A stretch of 59,692 nt of DNA from Eubacteriales bacterium (lineage in GTDB: Bacteria; Bacillota; Clostridia; Oscillospirales; QAKW01): contig JAZQAR010000023.1 of NCBI GenBank assembly GCA_045545315.1, positions 1 through 59,692 of the forward strand. The letters are read 5' to 3'. Shown piece by piece: positions 50,652 through 59,692 of the stretch. The position numbers and the translations under genes are program-made. The first letter of the stretch is position 1; each line of letters starts with the position of its first letter. The notes under the pieces are model-generated. The model made no database searches, was not told the DNA's origin, and worked only from the letters and a program-made list of their open reading frames with translations.

Positions 50652-52886
50652 TTATAACTCCTTTAAAACTGCACAAAGATATTGATAGGTCCGGGCCACG
50701 GAGGAAATGCTCATCCGCTCCCGGGTGGTGTGGATATCAAAGAGATCGGGCCCAAAGGACACCGCATCCAGGTCGGGGATCTTGCCGGCGAACAGCCCGC
50801 ATTCCAGCCCGGCGTGGATAGCCTCGATCCGGGGCGCCTTGCCATAGGTCTTTTGGTATACCGCCGCCATGGTCTCCCGCAGACGGGAATCCTTGCGGTA
50901 TTCCCAGGCAGGATAATGGCCGAAGGCGGAATAATGACCGCCGAAGGACTCGGTCACCCGCTTCAATTCTGCTAATAAGTCGGTCTTTTCCTGCTCCACC
51001 GAGCTCCGCACCGCAAAGGTGGCGGAAAGGGTCTGCCCTTCATCCGTTAAGATCCCCAAATTCAAGGAGGTCTGTACCAGCCCTTCGATCTCTTGACTCA
51101 TAGCCTGAATGCCGTTGGGCAGGGCCAGCAGAAAATCGGGGATTTTGGCGGAGCACCGGGCGGTGTAACATTCTGTTGCTTGGGGCATCGGCTCCACTAA
51201 GATCTGTAGATCGGGATCGGTCTCGACGCTGTGGGCGGCCACGAATTCCGTCCCGGAGACCGCCCCTTCGGTGGCGATGACACACTCGGTCTGCCGGGGG
51301 ATGGCGTTATCCTTCAGCCCGCCGGCGATGGAAACGATGCGGTGATCCACCGTAAGGCTCTTTAAAAATTCTGCCATGACCCGGTTGGCGTTCAACCGAC
51401 CTTTGTGGATCTCTGCCCCGGAGTGGCCGCCGATCAATCCGGTCACGGTAAGCTTGTAGCAGGGACGGGTATTGGACTCCCGTTCCAACGGCAACTCGCA
51501 CACCGCCTTGGCCCCGCCGGCGCAGGAGACGGTCAGAATCCCCTCTTCCTCGGAATCGATATTCAGGAAGATATTCCCCTTCAAGTCGGAAACGTCCAGC
51601 CCCTCGGCCCCGTCCATCCCGGTCTCCTCATCCACGGTAAAGACCGCTTCGATGGGGGGATGGGCAAGATCCTCGGCCTCCAGCACCGCCATAGCCATGG
51701 CCACCGCAATGCCATCGTCCCCACCCAGGGTGGTCCCCTCGGCAGAGAGCAGATCGCCCTCTAATTTCAATTTCAAACCGTCGGTCAAAAAGTTAAAATC
51801 GCTGCCCGGCTCCTTTTCGCAGACCATATCCAGGTGCCCCTGGATGATCACGGGCGGGTGATCCTCATAGCCGGGTGTGGCAGGCTTTTTAATCACAACG
51901 TTGTTCAGCGCATCCTGGCGACACTCCAGCCCCAGCCCCTTGGCGAAGGCCAGGCAATGATCGCTGATGGCCTTGGTGTTGCCGGAACCGTGGGGAATGG
52001 CGCAAAGCGCTTCAAAATGCCGGAGTACGGCGGCGGGCTCTAAGCCCCGGGTCAAATTATTCATCTTTTGTACCTCGAAATTTATTCTGCTTCTATTATA
52101 GTATTGATCGAACCGAATATGCAAGGGGGAATTTCCTGTTTTTTGCCGAATCAGCCGACAAAAGTAGTTTTCATCCCGAATCCCCACCGCCTCTGCCACC
52201 GCCGAAACGGGCAGATCGGTGGAGGACAGCAACGTGCAGGCCCGATTGACCTGCAGTTGGAGCAGATATTTTTTCGGCGAAACCCCCACTCTTTCTTTGA
52301 AGAGATGGGTGAACCGACTTTCACTCAGGCCGCAAAGGGCGGCGTAATAGCCCACCGGGTGCCCGGCGGAAAGCTCCTCCTGCATCCGCAGGCAGACCTC
52401 CCGGATCCGATCGGGAGCACCCAGCCTCCTCGCCTGCCCGGCGGTGACCAGATACTCATACAGCAGGGCGGCGCATTGATCGGCAGCAAAGGGCTCGGTG
52501 CTGAACCGCGCCTCTAACAAACGGTCAAACCGACTTTGAAGCAAGCCGCTCTCTCCCACCCGATTGATCCGTTCACAAAAACCCAACCGATCCAAAAGAT
52601 CGCCGCAACCGGCACCGCTGAAGTGGATATAGTCCGAAACCGACTGATCTGCGCCCCGGAACCAATAATCCTGGGGCTCCCCGGGGCGGTACACCACCAG
52701 GCTCCCCGCCTCCGCCATCAGCACCTGCCCCTGCTCCCGCAGGTAACAACAGCCCTTGGCGATATATAAAATATGATAATCCCGCCGTCCCTTAGGGCGG
52801 TGGGAACCCCGATCCTGCCGGTGGAATTGGCGCCCACAGCAATTCAAAGCCAAAAATTCATCCGATACCCGCTCGGTAAAGATCAT
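50652..52886 (-). CDS. In-frame fusion ORF: AraC-family regulator (aa 1-~260) joined to Xaa-His dipeptidase PepD (M20C, aa 275-744)
   Basis: 744-aa ORF. The ATG at 52886 lies 5 nt after GAGGTGA. The N-terminal part has a cupin and an AraC HTH (LSESRFTHLFKERVGVSPKKYLL...DENYFCRLIRQKTGNSPLHIR). No stop codon occurs before MNNLTRGLEPAAVLRHFEALCAIPHGSGN (ATG at complement 52062..52064, with GAGGT 7 nt upstream). The remaining 470 aa are PepD-like (IIQGHLDMV, GGDDGIAVA, VDEETGMDGA). Confidence 0.75.
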   Translation of the reverse strand: MIFTERVSDEFLALNCCGRQFHRQDRGSHRPKGRRDYHILYIAKGCCYLREQGQVLMAEAGSLVVYRPGEPQDYWFRGADQSVSDYIHFSGAGCGDLLDRLGFCERINRVGESGLLQSRFDRLLEARFSTEPFAADQCAALLYEYLVTAGQARRLGAPDRIREVCLRMQEELSAGHPVGYYAALCGLSESRFTHLFKERVGVSPKKYLLQLQVNRACTLLSSTDLPVSAVAEAVGIRDENYFCRLIRQKTGNSPLHIRFDQYYNRSRINFEVQKMNNLTRGLEPAAVLRHFEALCAIPHGSGNTKAISDHCLAFAKGLGLECRQDALNNVVIKKPATPGYEDHPPVIIQGHLDMVCEKEPGSDFNFLTDGLKLKLEGDLLSAEGTTLGGDDGIAVAMAMAVLEAEDLAHPPIEAVFTVDEETGMDGAEGLDVSDLKGNIFLNIDSEEEGILTVSCAGGAKAVCELPLERESNTRPCYKLTVTGLIGGHSGAEIHKGRLNANRVMAEFLKSLTVDHRIVSIAGGLKDNAIPRQTECVIATEGAVSGTEFVAAHSVETDPDLQILVEPMPQATECYTARCSAKIPDFLLALPNGIQAMSQEIEGLVQTSLNLGILTDEGQTLSATFAVRSSVEQEKTDLLAELKRVTESFGGHYSAFGHYPAWEYRKDSRLRETMAAVYQKTYGKAPRIEAIHAGLECGLFAGKIPDLDAVSFGPDLFDIHTTRERMSISSVARTYQYLCAVLKEL

Positions 52887-53001
52887 TTATCTCACCTCAA
52901 GGATAGTATATAGCAGAAATATGCTAAAATCAAGCAGAATTCCCCCTTGTTACGGCAGAATTATGATGTTATGCTAAAGAAAAAACAAGGGAGTGCAAAA
53001 T

Positions 53002-54147
53002 ATGTATAAGATCGGCGTGATCGGCAGCGGCCATCGGATGACTCCGCTGGTACGGCGGCTGTTGGAATTTGATGATTTTTATTTGGGAGCGGTCTGCGAC
53101 CCCGACGAGACCGTCAAGGAAAAATATGCGGACCTGGAGGGTGTGGAATATTTTACTGATTCCCGTGCGATGATGGAAAAAGCCCGGCCGGACTGTGTGA
53201 TGATCGGAACCCGCTGTTCCCTGCATACCCCTCTGGCTATGATCGCCGGGGCATATCAAGTGCCCATCTTTTTGGAAAAGCCCGTCTCCATCGATCGGGA
53301 GCAATTGAAGGAACTGAAGACTCTGCTGCCTATGAGCAACAAGGTGGTGGTCTCCTTTCCCTTGCGAAACTGTCCCCTGGTCAACGGTGTGCGGGAGATT
53401 TTGCAAAGCGGAAAACTGGGCGAAATCTCTCAAGTTCAAGCTTATAACAACGTTTATTATGCCCGGGGCTATTATCACGGCTGGTACCGGGACGAGCAGG
53501 AGACCGGTGGACTTTTTTTACAAAAGACCACCCACGATTTCGATTATTTGAACAGCCTTTTACCCGGGCTGAAGCCCGTGACTCTTGCAGCCATGGAATC
53601 CAAACTGATCTTTAAGGGCAACGAGCCCGAAAAGCTCCTTTGCAAGGATTGCCCCAAAGCGACCACCTGCCCCGAAAGCGCGCGAAATATTTATACCTAC
53701 AACGAAGCCAAGTTCGATCCCGACCTCAACGAATTCTACTGTTGCTACGCCACCGACACCGGCAACCACGACAGCGCCTCCTGTATGGTGCAATATGACA
53801 ACGGCCTGCATCTGACCTACGTGCAAAACTTTGTGGCACGCAAGTCTGCCGGCAAGCGGGGCGCCCGATTCATCGGCTATCTGGGGACCCTGGAGTTTGA
53901 TTTCAATACCGGCACCATCGACGTGATCTATCACAACCGGAACCATACCGAGCACCATAAATATGAAAAGACCCCCGGCCACAGCGGCGGGGATGCGGTA
54001 TTGATCCAAAACTTTGCGGACGTGGTACGGGGGGTGGATGTTTCTCACGCCACCCTGGCCCAGGGAATCGAAAGCGCCCACCTGTGCCTTTGCGCCAAGG
54101 AATCCGCAAAAGATCACCGTTTTATCCACTGTCAGATAGGAATTTAA
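53002..54147 (+). CDS. Gfo/Idh/MocA-family oxidoreductase
   Basis: ORF track 52993..54147 (GTG). The ATG at 53002 follows AAGGGAG (MYKIGVIGSGHRMTPLVRRLL, a Rossmann motif). It is divergent from the AraC-PepD ORF. Confidence 0.75.
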   Translation: MYKIGVIGSGHRMTPLVRRLLEFDDFYLGAVCDPDETVKEKYADLEGVEYFTDSRAMMEKARPDCVMIGTRCSLHTPLAMIAGAYQVPIFLEKPVSIDREQLKELKTLLPMSNKVVVSFPLRNCPLVNGVREILQSGKLGEISQVQAYNNVYYARGYYHGWYRDEQETGGLFLQKTTHDFDYLNSLLPGLKPVTLAAMESKLIFKGNEPEKLLCKDCPKATTCPESARNIYTYNEAKFDPDLNEFYCCYATDTGNHDSASCMVQYDNGLHLTYVQNFVARKSAGKRGARFIGYLGTLEFDFNTGTIDVIYHNRNHTEHHKYEKTPGHSGGDAVLIQNFADVVRGVDVSHATLAQGIESAHLCLCAKESAKDHRFIHCQIGI

Positions 54148-54574
54148 ACGGAAGGGGAACCCTCCCCTACGGATGTACCAATTCAATTGGGATTAATGGT
54201 TTGAGATGCACAATTCAATTGGTCATTGACCCTTGAAAAAATGATTTTATTATCTTAAATGCACAATTCAATTGGTCATTCAATTCTCAATCCGGTTCAA
54301 AAATGCACAATTCAATTGGTCATTGACCCTTGAAAAAATGATTTTATTTTCTAAAATGCACAATTCAATTGTGCATTTTGTAATGGATTCAATTTTTATA
54401 CACACCCTGCGGGTGATTACATACGCCCTTCGGGCAATTACATACACACCTGCGGTGTGATTTCATCAGCCCGGTGGCTAATGAAGACCCCCACACCCAC
54501 AAGGGTTCCCCGCAAATAATATCAGCGCCCCGGGAGATTCTTTATTCCCGGGGCGCCGCTGTTTCAAATTGCAA

Positions 54575-55996
<1,422 letters not shown>

Positions 55997-56073
55997 CTCG
56001 TCGCTCCTTTGGTTTGATGGAAACATTATACTTGTTTTTCTTCCGTTTTTCAACTAAAATAGAAGGAGAGGTG

Positions 56074-56307
56074 ATGAAAATGCTGTTTTTTCGCAACAAG
56101 GCACAAAAGGAACTGGATTTTATCCTGCAGGAACTGAAAAACTTTCTTTCTAATAACTATAAGGACGCCGCCCACACCTGCCGCAAGCAGCTGGGCGAAA
56201 AAAGCGAAGCATACTACCGAGCGGGCAAGCTCACCCGCACCCAATACCTCCATTACCAACAACTTTACAAAAACTACACCAAGCTGATGGAAAACTATCA
56301 CCATTGA
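56074..56307 (+). CDS. Small hypothetical protein (77 aa, predicted helical)
   Basis: The ATG at 56074 follows GGAGAGG. The protein begins MKMLFFRNKAQKELDFILQELKNFLSNNYKDAAHTCRKQL... I recognised no family. Its TGA stop is the first triplet of the right repeat arm. Confidence 0.45.
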   Translation: MKMLFFRNKAQKELDFILQELKNFLSNNYKDAAHTCRKQLGEKSEAYYRAGKLTRTQYLHYQQLYKNYTKLMENYHH

Positions 56308-56769
56308 ACCCCCTCCGGGGCATTGGCGAATGCCCCGTGTTCCCCCTTCAGGGGGAACAACCCACAAGTAATTGCAATTTGAAACAACGGCGCCCCGGGA
56401 ATAAAGAATCTCCCGGGGCGCTGATATTATTTGCGGGGAATCCTGTGGGTGTGGGGTCTTCATCAGCCACGGGGCTGATGAAATCACACCGCAGGTGTGT
56501 ATGTAATTGCCCGTAGGGCGTATGGCATCACCCCGTAGGCGTGCATATCATCAACCGCCAGGTTGTATATCATCACACCGCGGGGTGTGTATAAAAATCA
56601 ACCCTACACAAAATGCACAATTGAATTGTGCATTTATAGAAATGAACTTTTTTCACGGCTTAATGCCCAATTGAATTGTGCATTTTTGATCCAGCCTGAG
56701 AAGCGAATGACCAATTGAATTGTGCATCTCAAACCATTAATCCCAATTGAATTGGTACATCCGTAGGGG
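56306..56769 (+). repeat. ~465-nt composite repeat arm (right), co-oriented with the small ORF 3' end
   Basis: It starts GAACCCCCTCCG, then GGGGCATT-GGCG-AATGCCCC, then GTGTTCCCCC-TTCA-GGGGGAAC, then AACCCACAAGTAATTGCAA. It then mirrors the left arm and ends with four CAATTGAATTG palindromes (cores at 56618, 56668, 56712 and 56744). Confidence 0.8.
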
Positions 56770-56842
56770 CGATCTGCGTCGCCCGCTGAAAACCCCATCA
56801 AAAAAGCTCCACCTTTGGGCGACCCTTCGGTGGAGCTTGATT

Positions 56843-58219
56843 TTAATTTTGGGCTGCCAAAGCGGCCGATCTTGCTTTTTTACGTTTACGGGCCAGGACA
56901 AAGTATACCCCGATCTCCGTTGCAAAGGTCAACGCCCAGCTGATGGGATAAGAGATCAAAAGGCAAGGGAGCGTGTGGAATTCGGGAATCTGAAAGATGG
57001 TAAAGATCCAGCCGACCCGGATCCCGCAGACCCCGATCACCGTGATCAGCATTGCACTGACCGAAGCGCCGGAGCCCCGTAAAAAGCCGGTGGCGCAATC
57101 CATCAGCCCACAAATAAAGTAGGGGATCCCCACGTAAAGCATCCGGGTAACACCCCAGCGAATGGATTCGGCGCTGTCGGTGATGTAGATAGAAAGCAGA
57201 GGCTCTGCAAAAATATTCACCAGCCCGCCCAGCACCACGCCGGTCACCACCACAGAACTGAAGCAAACGGCCATCACCTTTTTCACCTGCTCCTCCTTCC
57301 CGGCGCCGATATTCTGGCCGGTGAAGTTCAAAGCAGCCTGATAGAAGGAATTGATGGCAGTGTAAACAAATCCCTCAATATTAGAGGCGGCCGCATTGCC
57401 GTTCAGGGCAGTGGAGCCGAAGCTGTTAATGGAAGACTGGATCGTCACGTTGGAAATACTGAACAAGGAGCTTTGGATCCCGGCAGGTAAGCCGATGTTC
57501 ACGATCTTTTTAAAAGCGCCCATATCGAATTTCAGTTTTCGCCAATTAAGATTACAAGCGTCGGTGCGCTTCATTAAAGCCCGCAGCACCAGCACCGCAG
57601 AGAGCATTTGGCTGATAATAGTAGCCAGGGCTACCCCCGCCACGTTCATATGGAAGAAATAAACGAAGATCAGGTTCAACCCCACGTTGACCACCCCGGC
57701 GATCGTCAGGTAGATCAAGGGGCCCCGGGTATCGCCTGCCGCCCGCAGGATCGAGGCACCGAAGTTATATAAAAGGCTCCCCAGCGCACCGCAGAAATAG
57801 ATCCGCATATAGGTTTCGGAAAGATCGATATTTTCCGCCGGAGTCCCCATCAGTTCCAGCATCGGGCGGGTGATCAGCTGTCCCAGCCCCGTCAGCAGCA
57901 ATGCGCTGAAAATAGCCAGCGGAATGGCGGTATGGATGGTTTTTGACACCAGCTTATCCTGCTTAGCGCCCAGACCGTGGGCGACGGTCACACCGGCACC
58001 GGTGGAAAAACCGATAAAAAAGTTCACCAGTAGATTGATCAGCGAGCCGGTAGCGCCTACGGCACCCACCGAAACACTGCCACAGAACCGCCCCACTACC
58101 ACCAGATCCGCCGCATTGAACAGCAGCTGCAGCAAACCGGTCGCCATAATGGGCAGGGTATAAAGAATAATTTTCTTAAAGAATGGCCCTTGGGTCATAT
58201 CCAGCGTTCTGTTTTTCAT
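56843..58219 (-). CDS. MATE-family multidrug/toxin efflux transporter
   Basis: 458-aa ORF with 12 hydrophobic segments. It has the typical MATE N-terminus (GPFFKKIILYTLPIMATGLLQLLFNAADLVVVGRF). Confidence 0.85.
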   Translation of the reverse strand: MKNRTLDMTQGPFFKKIILYTLPIMATGLLQLLFNAADLVVVGRFCGSVSVGAVGATGSLINLLVNFFIGFSTGAGVTVAHGLGAKQDKLVSKTIHTAIPLAIFSALLLTGLGQLITRPMLELMGTPAENIDLSETYMRIYFCGALGSLLYNFGASILRAAGDTRGPLIYLTIAGVVNVGLNLIFVYFFHMNVAGVALATIISQMLSAVLVLRALMKRTDACNLNWRKLKFDMGAFKKIVNIGLPAGIQSSLFSISNVTIQSSINSFGSTALNGNAAASNIEGFVYTAINSFYQAALNFTGQNIGAGKEEQVKKVMAVCFSSVVVTGVVLGGLVNIFAEPLLSIYITDSAESIRWGVTRMLYVGIPYFICGLMDCATGFLRGSGASVSAMLITVIGVCGIRVGWIFTIFQIPEFHTLPCLLISYPISWALTFATEIGVYFVLARKRKKARSAALAAQN

Positions 58220-58318
58220 TTTTTCCTCTTTTCTTCTTAAAACGTGCGCTTACATCTTCATTATAACACCATACTGTGAAAAATCAATCCCACAGGACGG
58301 GAAAATTTTGGTTTTCCA

Positions 58319-58346
58319 TTGACTTTTTCTGCCCGTTTGGTATACT
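58319..58346 (+). promoter_or_regulatory. Sigma-70-type promoter (extended -10) for the ceramidase-like gene
   Basis: TTGACT (58319..58324), a 16-nt spacer ending in TGG, then TATACT (58341..58346). It lies about 30 nt upstream of the start codon. Confidence 0.5.
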
Positions 58347-58377
58347 GAAACCAACATCAGAAAGGAGTATGATTGCG

Positions 58378-59670
58378 ATGTTTCAAACCGGTTTTGCCCG
58401 GGTGGACGTTACCCCGCCTTTGGGGACCTATCTGTCTGGCTATTTTGTATTACGGACCTCCGTTGGGGTAAAGGACCCTATCTATCTGAACGCCTTGGCC
58501 ATCACCAAGGATGAGGATACCGTGCTGGTGATCACCGGCGACTTTATGTATATCGCCATGAGCTTTATGGATGAATGCCGTGCCCTGATCTCAGCCGACA
58601 CCGGCCTCCCCGTTGACCATATTATGCTGCAATCCATTCATCAGCACACCTCCACCTATCCCGGCGTGGATTGTGCAAACGAGCGGGAATATACCGATCT
58701 TTTGATCCGGAAATACCGGGACGTAGCCAAGATGGCCCTGGATGACCGCAAGGACTCCCGGATCTTCATCGGCGAAAAGGAAGTGGCAAAGACCATCTCC
58801 TTTATCCGTCGGTTCCGGATGAAGGACGGCACCTCCCGCACCAACCCTGGCCACAAGCACTGGGATGAAGTGGATCATCCCTTAGGCGAGGCCGATAACG
58901 TCACCCGCCTGGTTCGGTTTAAGCGGGAAGGCGCAAAAGACATCGCCTTTGTCAACTTCAGCACCCATCCCGACGTGGTCGGCGGCGAGAAATTCAGCGC
59001 CGATTGGCCCGGCTTCGTCCGGACCTTCACCGAACAGCGGCTGGAAAACGTTCACTGCATCTTGATGAACGGTTGCCAGGGCGATACCAACCACATTGAT
59101 TTCAGCATCGATCGTATCACCGACCCCGAAAGCCGTTATGCCCATAGCCAAATGATGGGCCGCGTGATCACCGATTCCGTTGTGGAGCTTTGGGATCAGC
59201 TGGAAGAGATCCCCGCCGGTGCGGTTAAAGCCCAGATGGCAATGGTGCGCACCCCCTCTAATACCGATTGTATGGATAAACTCGATGAATACAAAGCCTT
59301 GCAAGAGGATCTGACCAGCGGAAAAGCCGAATTCCACGGTACTATGGCGGAACGTGCCGATATCCGCCGGGTTGCCGCCATGGATAACCTGCCTCTGTTC
59401 CAGCGGGTGCCGGTCACTGTGCTCTCCTTTGGTAAGGTAGCCATCGTGGGCTACGGCGGTGAGCCCTTCACCGAATATGCCCAGAACGTGCGGAAGGCCA
59501 ACCCCCACCTGTTCGTGCTTTCTGCCTGCCTGGCCAACGGAAGCCAGGGCTACCTGCCCTCCAGATCCGCCTTTGAAGAAGGCGGCTACGAGGCCCACGC
59601 CACCAACTTTACCATCGGCATCGCCGATGCCTGCCAGAACAAGGCGCTGGAGTTCCTCTCCAACGTCTGA
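58378..59670 (+). CDS. Hypothetical hydrolase with a neutral/alkaline-ceramidase-like N-terminal motif
   Basis: ORF track 58276..59670. The ATG at 58378 lies 10 nt after AAGGAG. The start MFQTGFARVDVTPPLGTYLSGYF resembles the ceramidase_alk N-terminal signature. The family call is tentative. Confidence 0.55.
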   Translation: MFQTGFARVDVTPPLGTYLSGYFVLRTSVGVKDPIYLNALAITKDEDTVLVITGDFMYIAMSFMDECRALISADTGLPVDHIMLQSIHQHTSTYPGVDCANEREYTDLLIRKYRDVAKMALDDRKDSRIFIGEKEVAKTISFIRRFRMKDGTSRTNPGHKHWDEVDHPLGEADNVTRLVRFKREGAKDIAFVNFSTHPDVVGGEKFSADWPGFVRTFTEQRLENVHCILMNGCQGDTNHIDFSIDRITDPESRYAHSQMMGRVITDSVVELWDQLEEIPAGAVKAQMAMVRTPSNTDCMDKLDEYKALQEDLTSGKAEFHGTMAERADIRRVAAMDNLPLFQRVPVTVLSFGKVAIVGYGGEPFTEYAQNVRKANPHLFVLSACLANGSQGYLPSRSAFEEGGYEAHATNFTIGIADACQNKALEFLSNV

Positions 59671-59692
59671 ACCCCCTCCGATGTGTCGGCGG
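59668..59692 (+). repeat. Stop-codon-associated double-hairpin element, truncated by the window end
   Basis: TGAACCCCCTCCGATGTGTCGGCGG. The TGA is the stop of the preceding gene. The first hairpin arm is identical to the fumC copy. Confidence 0.7.

Noticed and set aside
56050-56487. Minus-strand ORF of 145 aa. Small ORFs at 32340..32522, 32413..32610, 54272..54460, 54474..54770 and 56304..56516 raise the same question.
   Set aside because: They are read entirely or largely through the intergenic repeat mosaics, or antisense to the small + ORF. They share peptide fragments only because the underlying repeats are shared, and they have no start signals.

Overview
Chromosomal window that looks like a high-GC Firmicute (Clostridia-type). 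Sampled lines give about 57% GC. It is almost fully coding, and most genes lie on the minus strand. All domain calls were made by eye from the translations; no HMM or BLAST search was possible.

Layout:
(1) 1-19.5 kb: four tandem genes for giant secreted, wall-anchored proteins. Each combines an SLH or choline-binding-type anchor with many PASTA units and serial endonuclease/exonuclease/phosphatase (EEP) domains. About half of the EEP domains have lost their catalytic residues. Each gene has its own near-consensus promoter.
(2) 19.9-25.9 kb: an amino-sugar-type operon (PIG-L deacetylase, NagB-like, PfkB kinase, Gfo/Idh/MocA oxidoreductase, DegT aminotransferase) with a divergent AraC regulator.
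(3) 25.9-27.8 kb: a low-GC insertion carrying an IS200/RAYT-like Y1 (HUH) transposase and a lipoprotein gene. It is bounded by 29-nt hairpin repeats and a 9-bp direct repeat.
(4) 27.9-39.8 kb: a PHP phosphoesterase / TIM-barrel pair, two CNNM/CorC genes, pepT and a five-gene peptide ABC transporter.
(5) 40.1-49.4 kb: a low-GC RHS/YD-repeat polymorphic-toxin island. It holds a 1937-aa RHS protein with an HExxH C-terminal tip, three membrane-anchored immunity-like paralogs, two orphan toxin-tip relics not in the ORF track, one immunity-gene relic, and hairpin repeats at every cassette junction.
(6) 49.6-59.7 kb: an M24 peptidase, an in-frame AraC-PepD fusion ORF, an oxidoreductase, fumC, a small ORF, a MATE transporter and a ceramidase-like gene.

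The intergenic DNA holds several families of structured repeats:
- a GGGGACGGTTC-core hairpin family linked to the Y1 transposase;
- a ~75-nt double-hairpin element that starts exactly at stop codons and shows fully compensatory stem changes;
- a CAATT(C/G)AATTG palindrome family;
- a ~230-bp MITE-like element.

I saw no rRNA, tRNA or CRISPR. The many long ORFs antisense to the real genes are high-GC shadows.
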